DNA of 64,000 nt from contig NC_068982.1 in assembly GCF_001194135.2 (NCBI RefSeq), forward strand, positions 122,664,007 to 122,728,006. The letters run 5' to 3'. A program made the position numbers and the translations under genes. This stretch comes from Octopus bimaculoides. Taxonomy: Eukaryota. The notes below the pieces were generated by a model. That model searched no databases, was not told where the DNA came from, and saw only the letters and a list, made by a program, of their open reading frames with translations. Of the stretch, positions 40,072-52,088 are shown piece after piece. Within the stretch, counting starts at the first letter, position 1; every line of letters starts with the position of its first letter.

Positions 40072-41382
40072 GTAAGACTTTGCTACAAGACAACTACATA
40101 AAAATATGACATTTTAGCAGCAAGAAATTATCCACTTGTTTGATAGATTTTATTCATTAATTAATAAAGATTAACAATGAGTTTGTTTTTTTGTTTTTTT
40201 TTAACTGGGAATTTCTATTAAGTGAGGTCATGAAAGTCATTGACAAATAAACCTTTTGAAAAGATATGAAAATAATGAATAAGAATTAAGAAACAGTTGC
40301 TTAAATGATCAAATTAGTCAATTTTTTAGTGCTTAGTTTTTACACAATTACTGTTTTTGTTGCTCAAGTTATCTTAGCAATAAAATCATTTTTGACACAA
40401 TTTCAGACATCAATTTATCCACTGTAGTTAGTTTTATAACTGCTAGTCTTTCTTTTAGTGTTCCTCTTCTGTTGAAACTGATAAGAGATAATGAAATTAT
40501 ATGTGTTAATTTGTTGAAAACAGAATTTATAGCCTTGTAAATGATATGCTTTGTAAATGGGTTATATCTTTGTCAATACTGTACTGTGTTTGAAATATGT
40601 CTACACTCATTTAAATCGTATCATAATGTGTGTATTTAAAAATATTGTGATAGTTTATAAATTTCCTGAAAGTATGCTAAAACATGTATTGAAATTACTA
40701 TGATAATCTTTTAAATGATATCTGTTGGAAATGATATATATTGTATTAAAGATAAAATTTTATTCCTTATTTTTATCAACTTCGGCTTGCTTTCTATATA
40801 TGGATATTGTTTTTATTTAGTCTATGCATTTTTTTTTTATTTCTCTCTGTCCATTATGGCATCATTTTCCATTCCTGTTTCTTAATTATTATTGTTTATA
40901 CTGTGCATCTGTGTATGCAGTGAGAATGAAAATATCTTGTAAACATAAATGGTTTTAGTGTGTTGCTATCAAGTCAGCCTTGTGGAAGCTATTTCTTTTC
41001 AGAATATTAATTGCGATCAGGTATCAAAAATGTGTGTGTGAAGGGATATACCTATATTAGTCTTACTTTATCAGTTTATCACCACTCTATGATATGTGTA
41101 TGAGTGTGCATCAAACAGGAAATATGAAGCAAATAGAATTGATTATCTTGAAGTTACATGAATGAATATTCCAATCCTCATGGCTGAGGGTTGGAGACAT
41201 CAGATACAACCACCACTTGTTGTGACACATGCTGTAGCCATGTCAGTGACAGTTCTCTCAGAGTTTTGGGTTTGTTGTATCATCATGCTTTCTTCAGAAT
41301 GAATAGGGTTAGATGATCTCCAGTTCTCTTCCTCCCCAATGTACTATCAAATTTCACTCTCTTACCCTTTGCCTCTTCACAG

Positions 41383-41396
41383 ACACTCACGAGCAG
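41383..41396 (+). CDS. Candidate 14-nt cassette exon (phase 2 to 1: HSRA)
   Basis: Long pyrimidine tract (atttcactctcttaccctttgcctcttcacag); donor CAG|gtaagg. Confidence 0.4.
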
Positions 41397-41674
41397 GTAA
41401 GGCTTTTTGCTCAGAGTTCCTTCTAAGTCTAGATGCCTTCCAAGACAACTCACATGTTTTCCAGAGACATGCTTTAAGAATGCTCAATCCCAGTGGTCTT
41501 ACAGACATTAACTCAGAATTCCAAGTCCCTACACTGGTGCTATCTAGTCATTGATTCTACATTAGGTTCGTCTGTGCTTTTGACAAGGTATTTTTTTGTT
41601 CTAGGTTTCTAGTCACCCTTCTCACCAGGAATGCTTGACAGTGCCATCTGAAAGCATGGGCACACCGGGCAGTT

Positions 41675-41920
41675 GCATATGGCGTAGTGGTTAAGAGCGC
41701 AGCTACTACTACTACTACTACTACTAATAATAATAATAATAATAATAGTAATAGTAATAATGATAACAACAGCAACAACAACATCGAAAAATACCTTAGG
41801 AATGAGAACCCAGGTTCAAAATTTCCCCAAGACACCTGATGAAGGCTGGAGGGTATATTGACTGAAACGTGTTAACAACAAACAAGATGAGGACAAATAT
41901 CCGTCAATTGTAAATGATGT
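41675..41920 (+). mobile_element. SINE-like element: Pol III A-box head, simple-repeat expansion, hammerhead-like motif in tail
   Basis: TGGCGTAGTGGTTAAG at 41680; CTGATGA at 41836-41842 and GAAAC at 41864-41868. Confidence 0.5.
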
Positions 41921-43029
41921 GCATTTATGACATTCATACTTTTCTCAGTGACTAATGCAACTTATGAAATGTCCTGTTCAGGATAGAAAGTGAGATTGTG
42001 ATATTCTTTGTGTCAAGAAACAATACTGCAGCATTCACCCACTAAAATAGCATCTAATGAGAGCTAGTAAGGGAGTTGCTATGTAGTCATTTGAGCTGCT
42101 AAGAATAGCATCCAAATAACCCTCAAAAAGTGCCATAGCATGTTTTTAAAAGACTATACTGATGAGCCCCCACCTTGGAAAAATATGAGATTATCTTGGC
42201 TTGAAGACCTTTGATTCTAGAGTTAAATAATATTTAATAATTGGATCTAATTTAAGGCTCAAGATAATTTTGAGGGGAGGATGTTTAGTTAAAACCACCA
42301 ACCTTGTACTTGGTACTTTATTTCACTGGACCCTTGTAGAACAAAAGTTAACTTCAGTAAGATATAAACTCAGAACAGAGAGAGCCAGAACAATATCACA
42401 TGATATATAATGCTGATGATGATGATGATTTCAAATTCTGGCACAAGGCCAGCAATTTCAGGTGAGAGGCTAAGTTGATTACATTAACCCCAGTGCTCAA
42501 TTGATACTTATTTTATTGACCCTGAAAGGATGAAGGGCAAATTTGAACTCAGACCATAAAGGCAGACAAAATGTCACTGAGCATTTTGCCCAGTGTGCTA
42601 ATGATTCTGCCAGTTTGCTGCCTTAATCATGATAATGATGTATTCCAATAAAGTAACGAAGTGTCAGAAATATCATGAATAGAGAAGGGAAATTGAAGAC
42701 TTGTCTCTTTGGGCATAAAGCAGTTGAAGTGAGTGAAGTGGTTTTCAATTGGAATTGACACCAAGTTGATGACTGTTTTGCTGAGATGTTATCAATGCTT
42801 TTTCGTGTTCGCCATAAGTATAAATATAATGGTGATGCTTCAATAGAGGCAGTATAATGTCAATTGAATCTTAAGGTGATAAATTACAAAATAAATACCA
42901 TGAGAAGTTGAAGTCAAGATATGAATAACACAAGTCATTATATTAATAATTGAAATATGAACCATAATCTTTAACAGCTGCTTAGTGACAACTTTGATAT
43001 CGTGCTAAGAATTCTATGCCTCAAAGAAA

Positions 43030-43545
43030 TATTTTGCTTAATAATTCTTTTTGTAACTGGATTGCAAATCACATATAAAGATATAAATGAAAGTGTATAA
43101 ATATTGGATTAAAAACCCCTTTAGATAGGAAAAGTTGAAGACTTCCTGTGGGACTCAAACCCACATCTCAACTTCTCCTGTAGACATGGCAGCTGTTCTA
43201 CCATTGAATCAAAGCAATCCTTCAAATTTCTCAATCTGTTTTAGAAACTTTGTTCTTTCCAGTGAGAATTGTCTGCTCTTGATGTAATAATTTATAAACT
43301 TTCAAGGAAATGTGAAATAATTATCTTTGGAAGTGGATCTCGGAGCACATATAAAGCTTTAAATAAATAACATGAAAATGTTAGCAGATGAGGGTTTGAA
43401 TCCCATGGGTAGCCTTTGACCTTTTCTATCCAAAAGGATTTTTCAACCCAATATTTACATGCTACAATTTATAGCTTTATATTTGCTTCAAGATCCAGTT
43501 CCAAAGAGAATTATTTCACATTCTCTCGAAAGTTTATAAGTTCTT
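43030..43545. mobile_element. Cluster of three pieces of one tRNA-derived repeat in opposite orientations
   Basis: 43050-43170 and 43285-43383 are reverse complements of parts of 43385-43545; B-box-like GGTTTGAATCCC / GGTTTGAGTCCC. Confidence 0.7.
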
Positions 43546-44033
43546 ATGATGTCAACATCTTAAAATATTTTTGGAACAGAAAGATCTAGCTATAGCCCCT
43601 CTTTTGTTTCGGAGTTAACTCCCCCTGTAAACCCTACATCTCACATCATTATTTTTCTTGTCTTTATTACTTTCTAAAGTGAATTAAGAAACAATTCTCT
43701 TGGTTTCGTATAATATTTCAGTAATAGACCCTTTGATTATATGTTTGTTGTGTGTGTGTGTTATCATTCTTCCTTTAGTTTCATTAAATGTCTGGTTTAG
43801 AGGGAAGTAAATTTCAGGTTGGACTTTTATAGCCAGATGTACTTCCTGGCACCAATCTTTAGTTGTTTTTCATGTAAAAGATTTTAGATTCTAGATGAAT
43901 TTGAAATAAGAGCTTGTGGATGATTTGTTGACAGGAAACTTCAACAGACTTCACTGATTGTGGCCCAACCACACGTGACATCACTGTCCACACACATAGC
44001 ATAGTTTAGTAAACATTCACACAGACCCACATG

Positions 44034-44086
<53 letters not shown>

Positions 44087-45508
44087 TCATCATCATCTTC
44101 ATCCACATAAATATGGGTGTACCAATATGAGAAAAACACTGAATGCATTAGTAGTGTTTATTAATTTAAAGATGCCGATTCACTCTGATACTACTTCAAC
44201 CACTGATAGAGTGCTCATCAGCTTTGTGTGTGTGCGTGTGTGTGTATTTATATATATATATATATATTATTTATTACTAGTTTCTTGCATTTTCTTTTAT
44301 GCCAATGTTTTTTTAATGCAATCTTATATTCAAATATTGAGCACTTCTTTGGTTTCCAAATTTTTCTCTTGTTCTAAAATATTTTTTCTCTCACCTTTCT
44401 TATTCATGAATATTTACAGTTTATAGTTTGCTTAGTGTTATCTTACTTAATTTTTCTGTTCTTGAGTTGGATATTTTTTTCTGTTGATAAAGTTCCAGCT
44501 TGTACTTCTTTCTCCCCCATCCCTAAACTAGTAAATATTGGTGGAGTTCACATAATTTGCTCAACTGTCACTTTATATCATTTGTATATTTTTATCCATA
44601 AATTGCACATGGTTAAAAAAAAAACAGAGCTACAATTCTAAAATCCTTTTTATAAATTGTGGCGAACACGATTGAGAAGGAGGTAAGCATCTGATAAACT
44701 GATTCTGCAGCCTGGTGTCAACTTGTGGTAGGAGCCATTTGATTTCACTTCAACTGCTAATGCCCTTTTAAAGACATGACTGTAATAAGATTTATTTCCC
44801 TGTTCTATAGTGCAATTTTACCTTATCAAAATGTACTAATATTTATTATTCTATAAAATACTAATATTTAATGAGATATTTGATCAAGTAACTTTATTGT
44901 TTTTATTTATCTTTGATTTTAGTACTTGGTTCTCTCGAAACATCATTCATGTGTATTTTGCTCATCATACAATTAAATCTATTTTTCACTTTTCTCTTAT
45001 GGAAAAGACCAACTTCAGTTATAGTTTTCTTTTAAATTTTCAGTTTATCAACTTCTTTCTTTTAAGTTAATAACTTTAAGTTTTCATTATGTTTTATCAT
45101 GATACAATAATCATTTTGTTTTTTAGTATTTTTTAATTAATTTTTTTTAAATAGTTCAGTTTTTATTTTCTTTTTAGGTGATACGAAATTTCCTTACTTG
45201 AATTTAACTCACATCTAAGATGTGTAATATAATATTTTTTTCATGGTAGTTTTTGTGTTTGTGTGCATTTGTTTTGTTTTTTCTTCCCTCCCCTCTTTAT
45301 TATTTCATATATACTTAGATGGAAAACATAATGCACCAGTAGTTTATATTTTCCAGATGCTGTCGAAAGACATTCATACCAATTCTATATGGATGCTGTA
45401 TACACAAGACTTAATTATTATAAACTTCATTTTTTTTTTTTTTACTTGCAGAAGAGGAACATATTTCCAGTTTAATCAATAGACATTAATAAGTAAACCT
45501 GATAAGTG

Positions 45509-45582
<74 letters not shown>

Positions 45583-46189
45583 ATAATATATTTGTATAAT
45601 TTGGAGAGCTATATTCTAATCATGGTACTAAACTTACACATCTAGAGATATATTTTGATATATTTTGTGTATATATATATGCGTGTGTGAGTGTATTAAA
45701 ATATCATATATAGTTTTCTTTATTTCAACTATCATGTATAGCCCATTTCTTATTCCTTTTTTTTTTGTGTGTGTCTCAGTACCTGGTATTTTTGTTAAAT
45801 ATATTCTTCAATATTTCTTAGAACTTTCTTTTATGTTTCTTCATATTTTGATAATTTTTCTTTCATCAAAAAAATATAGCAAATATCACATGTCCAAATT
45901 TTACATTTGAACACTCAAGAATGTTGGACTTACATTTTCGTGCTTTGAAACGGACTGGTTTTCTATTCCTTTTTTTTTGTTCTTTTTTTCTCTTTTAGTT
46001 TATATGAAAGGTTTTCTGGGTTATCATCATAAAATAGAACGTTTTACTATCACAACTGAAATTTTTTTATAGTAATTAACAAAAAAACATTATCATATGA
46101 TTGTTAACATCAATAGAATGTTACTAGTAATTTATCGAAAGGTGTCTTTTGATCAGTGCAATTTAACATGTAAATTTCCCTTCCAATAG

Positions 46190-46312
46190 GGAGAAGACTA
46201 GCCCAAGGTCGCCAGAAATTACTGAAGCATTTTAGACGAAGTTCTGGTCCTGGGCATAATTCAAGTTTCCGTCACAATAGGAGTTTCCGGTTGAAAAGGC
46301 AAGAAGGCGGGA
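46190..46312 (+). CDS. unc-80: unc-80 exon (1 to 1): (G)RRLAQGRQKLLKHFRRSSGPGHNSSFRHNRSFRLKRQEGG
   Basis: Acceptor tttcccttccaatag; donor GGA|gtaagt; phase-compatible with exon 16165-16281; absent from the ORF track. Confidence 0.88.
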
Positions 46313-47539
46313 GTAAGTACATAATTTTTTTTCCTCTTTCCAGGTTTTTCATATTTATTGATCTAAAGAAACCCATAGTAACCAATTTGTTATGGAGAAA
46401 GGAACAGGGCAAAGATAGGATAGCTAATGTTTAATTTTAAATGATATATTATTACTTGGTCAGTTTTTAACATTGATTCAGAAATGGTGGTGTTACCATC
46501 TTCCCTAAGAAGCAAATGGATAATGTAGGGGCAGTTAGATTTATGGGATTTTCAGGTCAACCAAAAGCTTTATGGGTGAAATATTGGAAATGAAAACTGT
46601 GTAGAAATTTATGAGAGGGACCATGCCTTATCTTGAGTAGCAGCTTTAATTCATCACTCTATTTAATACCACAATCCAGCACATGGATGGCTTTAGTTGA
46701 GTCTATTCTGTTGCAAGTATTCAAGCCAAGTCTTAGATGTGAAGATAACATCTTGTTACTGAGGCCCTCTGAAGAGTCAGTAAAAATATTAAAAAAAAGA
46801 AGTATTAGAAGATTTTATCTTACCTTGACAAATCCATCAACAACAACAGAGTCAGAGACAAAGTACCTAACTACAGGATAGGAAAGGATTCTGCTACATT
46901 CAGCTGACTTTTCAAATGTGTAAGAGTAAGAAGCATTTTCATACTACCTAGAGAATGTTTTGTAATTCTAGCACAATCTCTCTTTTTTATATGACTGAGA
47001 GCAGTGGCATCTAAAGAACAGCCAAGAAGGGAAACCTGATTTACTAGAAATAGCTAAATCTCATTCAGGTTACATCCTATTATCATAAAGAAAGGATGGA
47101 CATCATTGATTAGTTTACTCTTCCACTGTTTGATTAAAAGTTGGGTGATGATGGCTGGAAAACTTTTGTTCATTGTTTTGCTTAATCAAGCAACAGCTAG
47201 ACAATAACAGCCCTTATAAATGCAGATGCTTTTGCAAAATCCTGGAAATTCTAGATGTAAAGAAGCTAGTCGAGCAACAACCATTGTTTGCAATCGTAAT
47301 TAAATGAGATCTCACTTGTCTGGGTGATATTACACTACAACCATCAATTAGATCTGCAAACCAAGTAAAATAATTGTATGTGAATAGACAGATGAAAATT
47401 GCACCAGTGAAGGATAACCATTATGGATCTCTGGACAATGATTATATGTTGAACTAACACAATAAAGATTGTCATTGACTGAGATCTTTGACTGCCTTCT
47501 CTTAAGTATGAGTCCAAATTAATTTTCAATGATTATTGG

Positions 47540-47650
47540 GAAATATGTGACATCTTTTCATGTTCAGAATTGCTGAAGCCTGGAATAAACTACCTGCATC
47601 AATTGTTAGTTGTCGTGCCACTATGTTCTTCAGATCTTCTATGCTTCTTG
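47540..47650 (+). mobile_element. Short CR1/L2-like ORF2 C-terminal remnant
   Basis: FRIAEAWNKLPASIVSC resembles the CR1 'RVVxxWNxLP' terminus. Confidence 0.45.
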
Positions 47651-47937
47651 AAATTGTTATAGGCATAAGGCCTGAAATTTTGATGGAGGGGGCTAGTTGA
47701 CTACATCGACCCCAGTGCTCAACTTGTACTTATTTTATAAACCCTGAAAATATGAAAGGCAGCGTTTGAACTCAAAATGTAAATACAGATAAAATGCTAC
47801 TAAGCATTTTGTCCAGCATGCTAATGATTCTGCTAGTTTGATGCCTTATTAGAACATCTTATAATGTACGCATGCACACACACACACACACATGCACTCA
47901 ATACATTTATTGAAACCTTTCTTTGATTGATTGTCAG

Positions 47938-48137
47938 GTATCAAGCGGTTTGGAAGCATACGTTCCAGAAAGATTAGTAGTCAGTCTATCCGGTCAGATA
48001 AAAAGTTTTTAGAAGAGGAACAAATGGAAGGCGGTGATTCACAACAAGCTACTAGTGACCATGAAGCACAAGAAAGTCACACTGATCAAGATGCCTACGA
48101 CGAGAAAAACTTGGGTCAAAATATGCCATGGATTAAA
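47938..48137 (+). CDS. unc-80: unc-80 exon (1 to 0): (S)IKRFGSIRSRKISSQSIRSDKK...GQNMPWIK
   Basis: Acceptor ttgattgtcag; donor AAA|gtaaga. Confidence 0.92.
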
Positions 48138-48244
48138 GTAAGATGACATCAATTGAATGTTTTGCAATGATTTTTTAGAAATCTTTTTATAAATTGAATA
48201 TATCATTGAATTTATCTATAGATGTATGTTGAACTTTTATTTCT

Positions 48245-48525
48245 ATGAGGGCACATGACCTAATGGTTAGGATGTTGCACTCTCAATCGCAAGACCATGG
48301 TTCCAGTTCTTGGACCAGGTGGTGCGTTGTGTTCTTGAGTAAAACTCTCCATCTCATGTTGGTCTGTGATCACTTCAACACTTGATGTATGGTACAGTGT
48401 GCGCCCACACAGGCAATGTCGATTTGATGGAGGGAGTGAGCTGATGTATAACACATACATTTGATCATTGTTAACAAATCATCTGGTGCAGGTTGTTCAG
48501 CAAGAAATTGCTGAACCACCTTTCT
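48245..48525 (+). mobile_element. tRNA-headed SINE (further family)
   Basis: A-box-like tgacctaatggttag, B-box-like ggttccagttc, core gttgtgttcttgagtaaaactct. Confidence 0.55.
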
Positions 48526-48533
48526 CACACTAC

Positions 48534-48566
<33 letters not shown>

Positions 48567-48719
48567 ATCTTTGTTTTTTCCTCCTTAAATGTTAAAAAAG
48601 TTTAATATTAAACTGAATTGTTTCTCAGAAGTTTTAGTCGTAGTACATATTTAGTAACATTTAAGAAGGGAAATGTTTTGGCTTGCTTGGCTTCGTCAGA
48701 CTGCATGTGTCTGTGTGTA

Positions 48720-48750
<31 letters not shown>

Positions 48751-48987
48751 AAGAGAGCATCGTTTTCATCATCATTTAGCATCCCTACTCCATCCTGGCA
48801 TGCTTCAAAATCAGTTTCTGTCTAAACCATGCTAGAACGGACATTAAAACAAGCACCATTAATGTTATTGTTGATTCAGTGTATTGTGCACTTTCTTCTA
48901 TACAATATGGTTGAGTACTTAGTTAACACCAGTCAGTATTGTTGCTTTATTTTATGTAATGAATTTCTTTCTTCTTTTTTTTTTCAG

Positions 48988-49200
48988 ATTGTTGTCCAAC
49001 TTGCCAATTTGTCTAATTTCATTTGTACTCACCAAAATTATTGTCACCCATATTGTTATGAGCGACAGCGGCGCAGTTGTTCACGCTTAATCACAGCAGT
49101 AAAAAAAATATATGAATCTGTAAAAGAAGTTGAAGTGAAGAAACCTCATAAAGTAGTTGAACTGAGTTCTACATTGCAGAAGGATAAACTCAAAAGAAAA
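48988..49200 (+). CDS. unc-80: unc-80 exon (0 to 0): IVVQLANLSNFICTHQNYCHPYCYERQRRSCSRL...KDKLKRK
   Basis: Long poly-T acceptor ending ttttcag; donor AAA|gtatgt; conserved Cys/His motif. Confidence 0.95.
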
Positions 49201-50599
49201 GTATGTTCTTTACAAATAGTAAATATGTAGTAAGGATGACAATGTATTCTTTACATATTGATTTTATTTATGCATTCTTTATTGTATGTATGTGTATCTA
49301 TGAGTTAAATCATGCAAGAATTATACACTTACCTATAACCTACTGTATTTTCCAATATACAAGTTAATGTGTAGTGTAAGCATGAACTGTAAGCATTCAA
49401 ACATCATCATCATCACCTTTCCAAATCCTGCTACATTTCACATGGAATTTTTGGTCTTTCAACGTCATCTTGGCATATAAGTCAACCTACCTTTTTGGTT
49501 GTAAATTTTAGTCTGGAAAATTCAACTTATATGCTGGAAAATACAGTTTTATGCTATTGGAACATCAGAAGTCTTCTTCCTCGTGTAGTAATTCAAATTA
49601 AGACATATTGGAATATTGGACTATCTTCTCAAGATCCATGGAATGATGTGTACTTAGCACCGCAAATTAAGGAAGCAGTCATCAATTATAAATTCCCAAG
49701 TACTTTCCATAAAAATACTGCACTTCTTCCACTTCCTGGGTACGGTTAGTACAGCTAAGCTGTTGAAAATGAAATACCTGAAATTCAGTTCTGCGGTCAT
49801 GATGAACCAGGTTATACTAAACCGTTTTCTCCTCCTCCCCTAATGCATTCTATATTCAATTAATTTTCATTCATTTAAATTCTATTGTTGCCTCCCCTGC
49901 CAAGTCTTTTAGATAATCACTTTCATTCATCACTGCATTAAGCATATTAGCATCCAGTTTACTATTAACCCTGTCAAATCGGTTAATTGTAACTCTTATC
50001 ATAGGATGTTTTATTTCCCAACTCAATTTGTAATAAATTAACTACTGCACTTTTTGTGGTCAGCAGTATTTATCAATGCATAATCAATCCTATCAATAGC
50101 TCATAAAGGATAAGGTTACATATGAAAAATGTAATGGTTACACACTTCTTAAAGATATTTTTGCATAACTGAAAGGAAATTACTGCTCGTTAGAAGTAAA
50201 AAACAGGTCACAGATTTATTTTGTTGTGATCCATAATTCATGTAAATTACAAAAAAAAAAAAAAGAAGAAAAAAAGATTAACATAAAACAGGTGGAATAT
50301 TTGAGCCTGATATGATCAATTTAAATGCTAATGGGTTAAGAGACATGTTAAATAAATTAATCTATGTTATTTTACTTAATTGTTAAGACTGGCATGTTCT
50401 CTTAAAAATACTTGTAATTCCAGTAAATCTAGAACTTTACTGAAGCCACCTACTCATGCAATTTGTAAAAAATTTGGTGTAAAAGTTATTTTTATAGTGT
50501 GTTTGTGTTACATTATATAAAATATGAGCTTTATTTTACCATGAAATCTTGGTTTAAATTTAATTTACTTATGACAATTGCTACATTTGTCTTTTCCAG

Positions 50600-50782
50600 G
50601 AGTCCCTTTTTCAGCAAGCATCGCCCACTCGTAGAAGGGAGAGCACTCCTCTCCTTGAGAAAATTAAATCAGACGTATCCCTCTCTAAATTAAAATTAAG
50701 CTCTCCACATTGGAAGAAAGAAGAAAAGCCACACAAGGCAAAAGCTGAACCATTACCAATTGTTAAATATGTCACCACTCAG
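50600..50782 (+). CDS. unc-80: unc-80 exon (0 to 0): ESLFQQASPTRRRESTPLLEKIK...PLPIVKYVTTQ
   Basis: Acceptor gtcttttccag; donor CAG|gtaatt; 183 nt open in the required frame. Confidence 0.88.
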
Positions 50783-51210
50783 GTAATTACCATCAATGAA
50801 ATTTTTACTTCACACTTTCTTATTATAGCACTATTGATCTTATCATTTGTACTAGTGCCCTAAGAAGAATGGCACTTCTCTTTATACTCACAAGCTCTCC
50901 ACTTAGAATCATAGAAAGGATGAGAGAGATTGTTGTAGTTGAAAAATAAAACTTGACAATTAGTAGTTAGCAATTTTGTAGAAGCATTTAGGTCAAAAGA
51001 AAACTTATTAACATACCATTCTTCAGAATAAAGGACATCATGAAATGTTTTGTGTGGAAATATACTGAGGGAAAACAAAAATGCAAAAACTGGAGACAGA
51101 TTTTGGTGACAGAGTTTGGAGTATATTCAGATAATTCTAAAGATCAGAGATTATTATGTTAGTGATGAGATAACAGGAGAACACATTAGAATATGTATTG
51201 GTGGGTTATA

Positions 51211-52088
51211 TACAGTGTGTGATTGGTAAATTGTCGCCATTTTATATTTTTTTATTTTGTGCATGTGCATTGTTTGTTTTTAATTTTGTCCATGACACAG
51301 TACACAAGGATCAGTTGGGCACCATCTGTGAGAAAAACAGCAACATGATGCATTTCACTCTGCCAGGTATTTGGAATTGACATGCTGTACTGCTTGGCAT
51401 TTGTACCGGAAGCTCCAATACGAACATTTCAGAGTGTTAGGGTGTCAGTCTGAGGACATGTACTGAGAGTGATAAAAATCAAACTTCTAGTCAACATCAT
51501 GGTGTTTGGAGTGATCACTAGTAATGGCGATGTTATGCCTCCATTCATCTTCCCACATGGCCTCAGACTCAACACAGAGGCCTACATCAAGTGCCTGGAG
51601 GAGATAGTGCTGCCCTGGGTCAAGAGGGTGGCCGCTGGAAGACCCTGTGTCTTGCAACAGGACTCTGCACCATACCACACAAGCAGGAGAACCCAGTCAT
51701 GGCTGTCAGACAATTTCTGCGACCATATCACCCTTAACATCTAGCCACCTAACTCCCCAAACTGCAACCCCCTTGATTATTATGTGTAGGGCACAGTTGA
51801 GCGAGAGACCAACAAAACTCCTTGTAACAACAAAGATGACCTGAAGGCAAGGATTATGGCAGCATTCACCAACTTAAACAAGGAGACTGTTCAAAAGAAT
51901 TGCAGGAGATTCCGAAGTCGTCTGGAGGCTATAATTGAAGCCAATGGCAATTTTATTGAATAAATTTACCCTTTAATATTTCAAGATATTTTTATGTAAT
52001 TTTGGTAACTATATCTGTTAAAATGAGATGTCGGTGTTATTTTCATTTTTGCATAATTTTGATGACAGTTTATTCATTGCATCCTGTA
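51211..52088 (+). mobile_element. Internally deleted DD37D (maT-type) Tc1/mariner transposon, pseudogenised
   Basis: N-terminal piece MMHFTLPGIWN*HAVLLGIC (about 51345-51460) fused to catalytic half QQDSAP…NPLD with 37 residues between the Asps (51469-51963); degenerate TACAG…/…CTGTA TIRs (19/29 match). Confidence 0.85.

Noticed and set aside
45178-45220. Strong poly-pyrimidine acceptor giving GDTKFPYLNLTHI-stop
   Set aside because: No good donor before the stop and no nearby poly(A) signal seen
16282-46189. A nested protein-coding gene on either strand of the large intron
   Set aside because: No chain of exons with coherent homology found; regions such as 21800-22250 and 33100-34250 have stops in all frames examined
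46343-46370. Strong acceptor tttcctctttccag after exon 46312
   Set aside because: It would need a 30-nt intron and leads to a stop
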